From NCBI RefSeq assembly GCF_963921235.1, contig NC_086109.1, positions 21,268,001 through 21,332,000 on the forward strand: a stretch of DNA of 64,000 nt, read 5' to 3'. The notes beneath the pieces are model-generated. The model worked only from the letters and a program-made list of their open reading frames with translations. It was not told the origin of the DNA and ran no database searches. Positions within the stretch are counted from its first letter, which is position 1, and the number at the start of each line of letters is the position of its first letter. The stretch is from Mobula hypostoma. Lineage: Eukaryota. This document shows, piece after piece, positions 23,525-35,900 of this stretch. Both the position numbers and the translations under genes were made by a program.

Positions 23525-24045
23525 TTCCCTCACTGCCTTTCAGGGCCCCAAACAGTCCTTCCAGGTGAGGCAAGACCACCTGTTTGGAACCCTGCAAGAG
23601 GAACAAGTCCTGCATCTGACCATTCACCTCCTCCCTCAGCATTTTTCAGAGCCTCAAACAGTCCTTCCAGGTGAGGCAGCACTTCACTGTTGGGGTCTTC
23701 TGCTGCATCCTGTGCTCCCGGTGTGGCCTCCTCTACATTGGTGAGACCCGTCGTAGATTGAGGGACTGCTTTGTTGAGCACCTCTGCTCTGTCCACAACA
23801 TGCAGGATTTGCCGGTAGCCAACCATTTTACTTCCACTGCTCATTCCCATTCCAATGTCAGTCCATGGCCTCCTCTACTGCCACGACGAGGTCACTCTCA
23901 GGTTGGAGGAGCATTACCTTATATTCCATCTGGGTAACCTCCAGCCTGATGGCATGAACATTGACTTCTCTAACTTCCAGTAATTTCTCCCTCCCCCTTC
24001 TCTCTTTTTCCATTCCCCGTTCTGGCTCCTCTCTTACCCCTTCCC
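23525..24045 (+). mobile_element. Penelope GIY-YIG fragment with a local duplication
   Basis: CILCSRCGLLYIGETRRRLRDCFVEH in ORF 23671-23937. The segment caaacagtccttccaggtgaggca occurs twice (about 23549 and 23656). Confidence 0.85.
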
Positions 24046-24299
24046 GACTCCAGTAAGATGACACATTAAGTAGTGACAGTTTGCATGCAGCTCTGGTGCG
24101 AATCATTAAATATTCCGATTTAGGACTACTGCAGCTGAAATCATAATCACAGCCATGGGTACTTCTATAAGCAGCATCATTTTAAGACATTTAAAAAATC
24201 TATCAATACTCAAAATCAACTAACCTTGGACAGAAAACTCGGACTGCAAGTGTGGTTCCCCTTTAAGAAAACTCAATTGGTGATACTGCGCTTGTCTAC

Positions 24300-27240
24300 A
24301 GGTATGAATGAAATACAGAGGCCTTAGACTTCCTCTCCCGACTATCCTGCTGGTGAATATACAGCCTCTGGAAAATAAAACTGAAGACCTCAGAGCAAGA
24401 TGTTCCAGATGGACATCAGTGACTGCTGTGTACTTTGTTTCATGGAAACGTGGCTAACCCCACCATTTTGGCTACAGCAAGCAGCTTGATGGCTTTACCA
24501 TTCTCCGCAAGGACAGGACAGCTCAGTCTTTTAAAGGCAGAGGAAGTGGAGTATGCTATATGATGAACTCATAAACGCAGTGGTTCTTTCTCAGTCCTGC
24601 TCACCTGATCATGAATGTCTAGTGGTCAAACGTCATCCATTTTATTTGCCGAGGGTGTTTGCCACCATCATCCTGGTAGTGGAGTACGATCCACCTCAGG
24701 CGAATGTTGGGCAGGCACTGGAGTAGCTGAGCAACATAATCAGCAGGCATGAAACTGAGCACCCTGATGCCTTCCCTATCACTGCAGGAAATTTCAACCA
24801 GGCCAGCTTGAGAAATTCTCTGCACAGCTACTACCAGCATATCACCTGTGGAACCAGAGAAGTCAACATACATGATCTCTGTTAAACCACGATCAAGAAT
24901 GTTTACCATGTCACCCCATGCCTACACTTCAGAAAGTTTAATCACCTGGCTGTACTTTTATTCCGGGCGTACAGGCAGAGACTAAAGATTGCAGTGCCAG
25001 TGGTGAGGACCATGTAGGTTTGGTCAAGGGAGGTGGAGGAGCACTTACAGGGCTGCCTTGAGTCAGTGGACTGGACAATAGTCAACGATTCAGCTTCAAA
25101 TCTGAATGAACATGCCACAGTTGTTATCGGCTTCATCCAGACCTGTGTGAATGAGTGTGTGCCTTTGAGAACATACCAGACATACGTAAATCAAAAGCTG
25201 TGAATGAACTAGGGGATTTGTAGCCTGCTGAGGGCTAGATCTGTGGTACTCAAGACTGATGATCCAGTACTATACAAGAAGTCCAGGTACAACCCACAGG
25301 AAACAGCTGAGGCCAGTTCATTTGCTATATTTAAGAGGAAGTTAGATATGGTCCTTGTGGCTAAAGGGATCGGGGGGTATGGAGATAAGGCAGGTACAGG
25401 GTTCTGAGTTGGATGATCAGCCATGATCATACTGAATGGTGGTGCAAGCTTGAAGGGCCGAATGGCCTACTCCTGCACCTATTTTCTAGGTTTCTATGTT
25501 TAACCCACGGAAAGCAATTTTAAGGGCAAAAAAAAAACCCCAATTCTAATCAAGGTTAGAGACAGAATTGGATGCACTCCAGCTCTGGCAGGGTTTGCAG
25601 GCCTTTACCTCCTAAAATGTGAAACCTATAGTTGTGATTGGCTATGGGGCTTCACTCCCTAATGAACTCAACACTTTTTATCCATGCTTTCAAAGGGAGA
25701 ATTAAACTACACTTGTGCGAATCCCTGCAACATCTGGTGATCCTGCGATCTCTATCTCGGAGGAGAACATCAGAATATCTTTCAAGCAGGTGAACCCTCA
25801 CAAGATGGGTCTGTTGGTGTCCCTGGTAGGCCTCTGAAACCTGTGCCAACCAACTGGTGGGAATGTTCAAGAGCATCCCTCACAGCAGCAGTCGGAGGTT
25901 CCCACCGGCTTCAAAAGGGTGACAGTCATACCAGTGCCTAAAAAGAGCAGAGAAAGCTGCCTCAAAGACTATCATCCAGTTGCTGGCAGGGTGATGAAGT
26001 GCTTTGAGAGGTTGGTCATGGCTAGAATCAACTCCTGCCTAAGCAAGGACTTGGACTTGCTGCAATTTGCCTATCACCACAATAGATCTACAGGGGATAC
26101 AATTTCACTGGCACTCCACTCAGACTTGCATCTCCTAGACTATATTAATACCTATGTCAGGCTACTGTTTACTGACTGCAGGTCAATGTCCAACACAATC
26201 ATACCCTCAATTCTAATCAACAAGTCCCTAAACCTGAGCCTCTGTACTTCCTCTGCTACTGGATCCTCAACTTCCTCACCAGGAGGCCACAGTCTGTACG
26301 GGTAAGAATGTCTCCTCATCACTGACAATCAACACTGGCGCATCTCAAAGATGCTAGCTTAGCTCATGCTATACTCTCTCTACATCGACAGCTCTGCGGC
26401 TAGACAAACCCCATCTATAAACTTGCCATGACACAACTATTGCTGGCACAGTTTCCGATGGTGATGAGGCGGTATACAGGAGCAAGGTAGATCAGCTCTT
26501 TGAGTGCTGTGACAGCAGCAACCTTGCACTCAGTGTCAGTAAGGCCAAGGAATTGATTGTGGACTTCGGGAAGGCCAAGTCAAGGGAACACACACCAGAC
26601 CTCATTGAGGGATCAGAAGTTGAAAGTGTGAGCAGTTTCGAGTTCCTGGGTGTCAGCATCTCTGAGGATCTGTCCTGGGCTCACCATATTGATGCAATTA
26701 CAAAGTAGGCATGACAGAGGCTGTATTTCATTAAGAGTCTGCAGAGAACTGGTATGCTACCAAAGATGTGAGGAAATTTCTACAGCTGTATATTGGAGAG
26801 CATTCTAACTGGTTGTATTACCATCTGGTATGGAGGGACCACTGCACAGGATTGGAAAAAAAAACCAGCATCCAATACTCCTTCAAAAGGTGAAGCATCA
26901 AAAAGACTGCATCCATCATTAAAGACCCCTATCACCCACGGCATGCTCTCTTCTTATTGCAACCATCAGGGAGGAGGTAGAGGAGCCTCAGGGCACACAT
27001 TGAACATTTCAGGAATAGTTTCTTCCCCTCACTCAACAGATTCTGAATGGACAGTGAGCCCATGAACATTACCTCAGTATTTTTTCCTGTCTTTTTGCTT
27101 ATTTAATTTACTGTTCTCTTTATACTGTATATATTTACTGTAATTCAAAGTTTTTATTATTACCTACTGCAATATACTGCTGCCGCAAAACAACAAATTT
27201 CACAACATATGCCAGAGATATTAAACCTGATTCTGATTCT
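24300..27240 (+). mobile_element. Degenerate near-complete Rex1/Babar ORF2 (EN plus RT) with 3' tail
   Basis: EN LPTILLVNIQPLENK...CVLCFMETWL. RT PVPKK...DYHPV...MKCFERLV...QFAYHHNRST. C-terminal ESILTGCITIWYG. (ctgatt)n tail at about 27227-27240. Confidence 0.88.
25300..25501 (+). mobile_element. Short CR1 3' end inserted in the Rex1 element
   Basis: CR1 3' UTR ending ...ttctaggtttctatgttt, flanked by aacccac at 25291 and 25502. Confidence 0.75.
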
Positions 27241-27590
27241 TCTCCTCACCTGCCTATCACCTCCCTCTGATGCCCTCCTTGTCCCTTTCTACCAGGGTCC
27301 ACTCTCTTCTCTTATTAGATTGATCTTCTTGAGTGCTTATTTTTTCCACTATAACCTCCCAGCTTCTCACTTTATCCCACCTCTGCCATCCATTTACCTT
27401 CCCCTTCACCTAGCTTTACCTATCACCTTCCAGCTTGTTGTTATTCCCCTCCCCCATCTTCTTATTGCGACTTCTTCCCACTTCCATTCCAGTCCTGATG
27501 AAGGGTCTCAGCCTGAAATGTCAAATCTTTATTCCTTTCCATAAATGCAGCCTGACCTGTTGAGTTCCTCCAACATTTTGTGTGTGTTAC
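27241..27590 (+). mobile_element. Penelope pLTR
   Basis: Pyrimidine-rich UTR, cagtcCTGATGAagggtctcagcctGAAAtgtc at about 27490-27522, then gcagcctgacctgttgagttcctcc. Confidence 0.8.
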
Positions 27591-28084
27591 ATTGGATCTC
27601 TTTTGTTTATGGTAATATGAAGTTTGGTCAAGAATTAACCATGATCTCATTGACCAGCGTAACAAGCTTGTGGACAAAATGGTCCAATCATGTTCTTACT
27701 TTGCAGTGAATTTGTAAGGAGTAGTTACAATAATGGGAAGGAACAAGGTAACTGTGAGATTTGAAAATCACCACGAAGAGTTTAGAAGTTCTGTGAGTCA
27801 ATGCAGGTCAATGAACACAAAAGTAGTTGGTTCAATGAGCATTTTGCAATAATGGAATAGATTATAATATGTTTATGTGCATTAATAGTGCAGAAATAAG
27901 TTGTTTGGCTCAACCGATCAAGGTTGTTATTCCATTAGCATCCTCCTTAATTTCTTTTTGTTCTTGTCATACATGTTCTATCCCTGCTGTATTTATCTTG
28001 CTCTCCTTTAAACCCAGCAATATTTATTTCAACCTCTTATGATAGTAGCTATTCGTTGAATAAAAATATTTCTCCTGAATTTAT

Positions 28085-28363
28085 ATTTATTATTTATTTA
28101 TTGAGACACTGCGGAATAGGCCTTTCTGGCCCTTCGAGTTGCGCTGCCTAGCAACCCCGATTTAACCCTAGCCTACTCATGGGGCAATTTACAATGACCA
28201 ATTAACCTATCAACCAGTACATCTTTGGACTGAAGAAACTGGAGCACCCAGAGGAAACCTATGCAGTCACAGGGAGAAAGTACAAACTCCTTACAGACAG
28301 TGGCAAGAGTTGAACCTGGTCGCTGGTAATGCGAAGTATTGTGCTAACTGCTACACTACCATG
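28085..28363 (-). mobile_element. V-SINE/HE1-like SINE
   Basis: Same family as 380-643, with an (attt)n tail at the left end. Confidence 0.8.
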
Positions 28364-28365
28364 TA

Positions 28366-28917
28366 TACTCGGTGGTCACTTTATTCAGTACCTTCTGTAC
28401 CTAATAAAGAGGCCAGTGCTCTTCTGCTGCTGTAACCTATCCATTTCAAGATTCAACGTATTGTGTGTTCAGAGATGCTCTTCTGCACACCACTGTTGTA
28501 ATGCATGGTCATTTGAGTTGTTGTCACCTTCCTGTCAGCTTGGACCAGTCTGGCCATTCTCCTCTGACCTCTCTCATTTACAAGGTGTTTTCATCCAAAT
28601 AACTGCTGCTCACAGGATTTTTTTTGGGGTTTTTTTTGCACCATTTTCTGTAAACTCTACAGACTGTTGTGCATGAAAATTGCAGGAGGTCAGCAGTTTT
28701 TGGATTCCCAAATCATCCTGTCTGGCACCAACAATCATTCCATGGTCAATGTCACTTAAATCTCATTCTTCCTCATTCTGATATTTGGTTTGAACAGCAA
28801 CTGGTGACGATGTCTGCATGTTTTGATGCATTGAGTTGCTGCCACATGATTGGCTGATTAGACATTTACATTAACTAGCAGGTGTACAGTTGTACCTCAT
28901 AAAGTGGTCACTGAGTC
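28366..28917 (-). mobile_element. Non-autonomous Tc1-like element, same family as 5963-8570
   Basis: TA plus tactcggtggtcactttatt at the left and ataaagtggtcactgagt at the right. The interior is the reverse complement of 7541-7800 and 8301-8500. Confidence 0.8.
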
Positions 28918-29419
28918 GATCTTAAATTATAATTCTTAGGTGATTTTGCAGAAAACATCCATACTAATGAAACCTTTCATAATGTTAAAGACCTCTATTC
29001 CGTCAGTTTTCAGCCTTCCTGTTTCTAGGGAATAGATTTCTAGTCTCTTCAGCAGATATCAACTCTGATAATGTGCTGCATCAATGAACATTTCCTAATG
29101 GTTCATTAATAAGTGATTGGAAGAGCAGAATTCTGCAATTACCTGGAACTTTTCTTGCCTCTCCTACTGTTTCCAAAGCTGGTTAAACAGTTGGCTGTGA
29201 GCTTGGCTCAGCTCCACAACAGCAAGTGGCTGCGTCCTGTTGTTTCAATCTCCGCTGTCATTAAATCAGCTGTTGAAACCCCATCACCAATTTACAGTGC
29301 TTGTAACACTTATCAGGCTGTTCCAGCACTGACCAGCTTTGTCATTAAGCGAACAAATTGAATTAGGCAATTGCCATTTCCTCTCAGCACTCTCCCAATC
29401 TTCAGTAAAGGAAAAACTT

Positions 29420-30025
29420 GTTCCCATATAATATTTTTTAGAAACTCACAATGTCTCAGAATTCTTCACAATCAATGATGTATCATCTACAAAAGTACAA
29501 TCATATTATTATATATAGAGAAGCTTGACGGTCAACTTGTGCACTACAAGATACCTCAAGTAGCAAAGCAAGATTGACTTGATAGAATATTTCTTCCAGG
29601 GATAAATATGGGTTTCAGGAGGCAGTGGATAATTCCACAGGTGTTCTTCTAAATACTGCTTCTTTTATTTGAGTAGAGGGCTGAAAGTTTCCCGGTCTAA
29701 TATTTCATTCAAAACATAGCTCCTCTGTTTGTGTGGCACTGCACTGGAAGGTCATCTAGAGTGTGTATTCGATCTCTGGATTCAGTCTCAATCTCTCTGA
29801 TAAAGATCAGCTGAGAGTTCATCCAGTATCCTGGGCAAATATTTAGCCCTTAATCAAGATTACTAGGAAAAAAGGTCATTGACATATTACTGGTGTAGGA
29901 GTTTGCTGCAAGCAAATTGGTTGTTGTAATTCCCACAGAGCAGTGACCACACATCATAAAGTACTTCATTGGCATTGATGTCCTGGACATTAATAAACTT
30001 TATCTAGGAATGCAAGTTCATTTTC
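29420..30025. mobile_element. Two ancient Deu-domain (AmnSINE/SacSINE-like) SINE remnants in opposite orientation
   Basis: Reverse copy at about 29420-29790 (ttgtgcactacaagat...agggataaatat...actgcactgg). Forward copy at about 29820-30025 (tcctgggcaaatatttagccct...aaattggttg...aaagtacttcattggc...aatgcaagt). Confidence 0.55.
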
Positions 30026-30350
30026 TGTCATAACTCAGTCTGGTTGATTGGTGATTTGCCAGGGAGAGATGCCAATAAATTCTAGGTTTCCTCAAATCAA
30101 AACCTCAGTTTTGAACAGGATCTCTGGTGGTGGCCAGCCATGGTCCACAGGTGGAACCTTGTACTACCATTAACTGAACAGGATGGGTGAGAGGTGGAAA
30201 GGGACATCTCTTTACTGCTTGATGCCCAACCCAAACAGTGGCCTCTGTGCACCTTACTGAATTCATCATTTCTGCTGTTGGTTTCCATGGCATTATCCCT
30301 GCTGAGTGTGAAGCACATTCACTTTTATAAATAGATAAATAAATCACCAA

Positions 30351-30496
30351 ACACAGGAAAAGATGGTTTCTCTCCATCATCTTGCGAGCACAGGGGAAGA
30401 TGGTTTCTCCCCATTATCTTGCGAGCACGGTAAAAGATGGTTTCTCCCCATTATCTTGGTAGCACAGGGGAAGATGGTTTATTTCCATTATCTTGC
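30351..30496. repeat. Minisatellite, 4 x 37 bp
   Basis: Units start at 30351, 30388, 30425 and 30462. Consensus gcacaggggaagatggtttctccccattatcttgcga. Confidence 0.9.
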
Positions 30497-31502
30497 TCAT
30501 CTTGAGAGCTTAATAAGGCATTTGCATTTTGAATTAGGAGGATTAATAATTAATTTTTAGTGGGATAATGGAATCTCATTTGATAAGCAGCAGCTACTGC
30601 AAGATTGTCAGCCAGGTTATTTGGGATTCAGTAACATTTTATAATATTTCTGTTAATTCTTGAAAAAGCCAGAAGGGAAAGTTCCATTGGAATGTTTTAA
30701 AAGCTTCACAAGAAGAATTAACATCGGAGCCTTACTATCTCTTCCTCAGTACTGGTAAATTACATAGTCAATCATTCTAAATATTAACTAACTACAAAGT
30801 ACATTCCCCTCAGTAAGGAATCGCATAGTACCTCATGCTCATGTAATGGCTTCTTTGTAATGTTTCACTGCTAAGGCTAATGTAATGGCTTCTCTGTAAT
30901 ATTCACTGCTGAGGTAACAGTTTCTCTATAGCAGAGATGTTTGGGTTATGGCTGGAGATAACAGGACTGTAGTATGCATGTTAGCCAATCGGAGATTGTC
31001 GCTGTGTCTTGTGAGTCTGGAAAGATGTTTTTTTCACAGTCTTTTGTCGAGCAGAGATGAAGAGGGAGGACGTGTGTGGAGAGAGCTGGTAGACCACCGG
31101 ACGGAGTGGACCAGGATCTGAGGGTCCGAAGGTTGGCGACGTTTGGAGGAGACCAGTGGTGGAAGAATGACTACTGAGTGAGCTCCAACGTAACTTTGAC
31201 TTGACTTGGGCCCTCTTTTTGTTTATTTTCATTACTAACCCTATATTCAGATTAAGATTCATAAAGTTCAATCATTTAATTGCATATGTTGTACTGTCTG
31301 ATATTTTGCATTGTAGGTTTGTAACTGGGGTACATTACACAGCATCCACACAAATGCGATTACCCAGTTTGGCAGGGCCGGAGGCTGTTTTCCCTAGATG
31401 AAGACGAACTGGGCAAGCCTGAGGGTTACAATTGTGGGGACTACGTTCGGGACTGATTCTGCTGGATTCTGTGTGATTGCCCTGTTTAATTCTGTGCTGG
31501 TA

Positions 31503-32850
31503 TGGATGCTGCTGGGGTACAGTAGTGGTGTGCCTCTGTGGGATTGCTGGTAACCAATGCGTGCGTGTTGAGTGGAGTGGATACTCGTACCCCGGATGAA
31601 TTGTTAAATCGATTTTTGAGTATGGTTAAAGCTGTTGGCAAAGTTGAAATTGTAGCGCGAAGGTTTGATAAAGTGGCGGGCTCAGACCTTGTTTTGGTTC
31701 AGACTAGTGCTGACGTAACGGCGGTGTGACTGCCAGGATCTATCAGTGCCCCAGGTGAGGTGGGGCCGTGGCCTGTCCATACTGTCAGGGAGGAGGAGAA
31801 GGGAGTCCAGCAGGCTGGGGCACAAGCTGAGTTGCCTGCAGTTGGGGCGGAGATTTCAGAGACAGAGTTCTATCATTTCTGAGGAGTGAGGGGAAAGAGT
31901 GGTCGGATTTGGAAAGTTTAATTAGTCCCCGTCCCCCAGTGAAGAGTGAGGGTTCTGAGTTGGCATCAGCCCTTACCTCCCTGGCGAATAAGTGGCCCAG
32001 TGCACCGGCAGTGGGTCCCCACCTTAAGCTAAGAATTCTCTCTGGAATAACGCCCACCCCCGAGGGGGAAGAGGATGTATGAAAGGTGGGTGAAGCAGAA
32101 CTCTCAGTTGTTAGATGAGTGGCAGTGCCCTGATGACGAAAAGCGACAGAGACTGGTTGAAAGTTTGAAGGGGTTGGCGGCTGTTGTAGTAAGAGGCGTG
32201 ACAGTTAACCAACCCTCTGCTGCCCTTGCTGAGTATCTAGATGCATTAGAGAGCGCTTTTGGTAGGACAGGGAGCTCATAGGGGTGGCGGGTTCAAAACA
32301 CGCGTCAGGCGAAAGGGGAGAAGCTTTCCGCGTACATTTTTTCAGTTAGAGAGACAGCTAAATTGTTTGCGGCGCTGTGGGGGTCATTCAGGCGGTTGAG
32401 GTGGATCAGTTAAGGATGGACCAGATAGCCAAGGGCGCCCAGCCCCAGGACATGATTGCTTGGGGTCTCCGACAGTCCCGTAAAACGTGCCCCCCTCCCT
32501 CATTTGTTCAGCTGATCGGAGAGGTGCGGGAGGAGAAGAACGCATTGGGGGCGCGAGAGGACTCCGTCGACAGGGTACAGTCCTCAGTAGTAGTCCCTTG
32601 TGGTGAAGTGACTGGGGCTGGCCACCCGGGGAATGGTGGCAGAGCTGAGAACTGAGATGTCCCGGGTGTTATCAGTGGGTGTGGACCCTCCGTATGATAG
32701 GACTGGTAGAGAGGGCACCCCCCCCCACCCCGCCCAAGGGGACAGACTACGCAGAGGGCAGCGGGTGGCCGGGGTTCCGTGAGAAGAGGGGCGGCCAGTA
32801 GCGGGTGCTATAACTGTGGGGAAGAAGGACAGTTCCGGCAGGAATGTGTG
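31503..32850 (+). pseudogene. PNMA-like gag (N-terminal domain, capsid, CCHC knuckle remnant), disrupted
   Basis: NACVLSGV...GKVEIVARRFD...VLVQ; KLRILSGITPTPEGEE.YERW...EWQCPDDEKRQRLVESLKG; CYNCGEEGQFRQEC. Confidence 0.8.
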
Positions 32851-32999
32851 GCAGGAAGCCTCTCGGAGAGCGAGCCCCTGGGTATCAAAGCAGGGAGAGT
32901 TGAAGGGAAACTTAGAAGAGACCCAGTGAGAGAGCGGCCTGGTGTTTCTGGGGGAACACGTTCCCAGGAATGTACCAAGGAACTCCCGAAAGCAAAAGA

Positions 33000-35900
33000 C
33001 CCTATTCCTGAAGGCTTAGTGGGACCAAACTCCAATGTGTCGCTACTGATAGAGGGAATATATGCTAAAGCCATACCCGACACCGGGTCGCAGGTCACGT
33101 TACTACACTGTTCGTTTTACAACCGGTATTTGAAGCATTTACCCTTGACACCATTCAGTGCACTGGAGATTTGGGGTATCAGTGCTGGTGATTATCCATA
33201 CGGCGGTTATTTGTCAGTGAAATTGGAGTTCTCGGAGGTTGATGTGGGAGTGTCTGAGGTTCTTGATACAGTGGTGCTGGTTTGTCCGGACCCTGTGGAG
33301 ACGGGCGACATTTCAATTCTGGTGGGGACCAACACCCCTCTTGTGAGGAGGCTCATGGGGGCCTGCAAGGAGAAGGCGGGTGAGATCTTTCTGGGGACAT
33401 TGCCCGTGCACCCAGTGTTTCGAGCTCCTTTTGAGGAAGTGCGTGGCAGCACTGGGCAGGATACCGAATTCAAACAGGTGACTGTGTGGTTCAGCCAGTT
33501 GAAGCCAATGGTGGTACAGCCCAGGGACGTAGCGAGAGTGATGGGTCGCCCCAGATTTCCCAGAGTGCCTGCGGGCGAAGCCCTCTTAGTGGACGCTCCG
33601 GAAGACCATGAAGGGAAGTCGGGGTTTCCTGTTGGGGTACTGGTGAGGCCCGAATTGCAGAAGCCCTCAGTTGTGCAAGATGGCAGTGATCGTCAGGAAC
33701 ACTACGAAGAGGGAGGTCACCTTCAAGCGGGGGATGCCCCTGGCGCATTTGTTCCCGGTGACGGTAATGTCTAGTGCCCCCGTGAGGCACGCCGGGGAGA
33801 AACTATTGGAAAAGTGGGAGAAGTTGACCGCTGAGTTATTCAACTTTGGGGACTCCCCAGTGCCGCCGGGTTGGAAAAGGAGGCTGGTAGAGAAAATGTT
33901 GAAATTGGAAGGTGTCTTTTTTATTGGCGAGTTCATGTGGGTTGTTCCAAGAGCACTCGTCACACTATGCGGGTGACCGAGGACACCTCGTTTAGAGAGA
34001 AGTCGCGGCGACTGGCCCCTGCAGACGTGGAAGACGTGCGGCAGCAGTTGTGTAAGTTGAAGGAAGCTGGGATCGTCACTGAGTCCCGAAGCCCCTATGT
34101 GTCCCCAGTAGTAGTGGCTCGGAAGAAGAACGGGAAGGTAGGCTTGTGTGTGGACTATAGGACTCTGAACAGGCGCACCGTCCCTGACCAGTACATGGTC
34201 CCGAGGGTTGAAGATGCGCTGGCCTGTCTGAGTGGTGTGAGGTGGTTCAGTGTGCTGGATTTGAGGAGCAGGTATTACCAGATCTCAATGAGTGAGGCCG
34301 ACAAAGAGAAGACGACATTTATACGTTCCCTGGGATTCTTCCAGTCAGAAAGGATGCCCCGGGGGATATCGGGAGCCCCTGCAACCTTCCGGTGGGTCAT
34401 GGAGAAGACGGTGGGTGACATGAACTTGCTAGAGGTGTTTGTGTATTTGGATCCACCTTGGAAGAACATAGAACATAGAATAGTACAGCACAGTACAGTC
34501 CCTTCGGCCCACAATGTTGTGCCGACCCTCAAACCCTGCCTCCCATATAAGCCTCCACCGTAAATTCCTCCATATACCTGTCTAGTAGTCTCTTAAACTT
34601 CACTAGTGTATCTGCCTCCACCACTGACTCAGGCAGTGCATTCCATGCACCAACCACTCTCTGAGTAAAAAACCTTCCTCTAATATCCCCCTTGAACTTC
34701 CCACCCCTTACCTTAAAGCCATGTCCTCTTGTATTGAGCAATGGTGCCCTGGGGAAGAGGCGCTGGCTATCCACTTTATCTATTCCTCTTATTACCTTGT
34801 ACACCTCTATCATGTCTCCTCTCATCCTCCTCTCCAAAGAGTAAAGCCCTAGCTCCCTTAATCTCTGATCATAATGCATACTTTCTAAACCAGGCAGCAT
34901 CCTGGTAGATCTCCTCTGTACCCTTTCCAATGCTTCCACATCCTTCCCATAGTGAGATGACCAGAACTGGACACAGTACTCCAAATGTGGCCTAACCAGA
35001 GTTTTATAGAGCTGCATCATTACATCGCGACTCTTAAACTCCATCCCTCAACTTATGAAAGCTAACACCCCGTAAGCTTTCTTAACTACCCTATCCACCT
35101 GTGAGGCAACTTTCAGGGATCTGTGGACATGTACCCCCAGATCCCTCTGCTCCTCCACACTACCAAGTATCCTGCCATTTACTTTGTACACTGCCTTGGA
35201 GTTTGTCCTTCCAAAGTGTACCACCTCACACTTCTCCGGGTTGAACTCCATCTGCCACTTCTCAGCCCACTTCTGCATCCTATCAATGTCTCTCTGCAAT
35301 CTTTGACAATCCTCTACACTATGTACAACACCACCAACCTTTGTGTTGTCTGCAAACTTGCCAACCCACCCTTCTACCCCAACATCCAGGTCGTTAATAA
35401 AAATCACGAAAAGTAGAGGTCCCAGAACAGATCTTTGTGGGACACCACTAGTCACAATCCTACAATGTGAATGTACTCCCTCCACCACCACCCTCTGCCT
35501 TCTGCAGGCGAGCCAATTCTGAATCCACCTGGCCAAACTTCCCTGGATCCCATGCTTTCTAACTTTCTGAATAAGCCTACTGTGTGGAACCTTGTCAAAT
35601 GCCTTACTAAAATCCATGTTGATCACATCCACTGCACTACCCTCATCTATATGCCTGGTCACCTCCTCAAAGAACTCTATCAGGCTTGTTAGGCACGATC
35701 TGCCCTTCACAAAGCCATGCTGACTGTCCCTGATCAGACCATGATTCTCTAAATGCCTATAGATCCTATCTCTAACAATCTTTTCCAACAGCTTTCCCAC
35801 CACAGACGTAAGGCTCACTGGTCTATAATTACCCGTACTATCCCTACTACCTTTTTTGAACAAGAGGACAGCATTCGCCTCCCTCCAATCCTCGGGTACC

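Noticed and set aside
30351..30496. CRISPR-like array of 37-bp palindromic repeats
   Set aside because: The units are directly adjacent with no unique spacers, there are no cas genes, and the context is eukaryotic.
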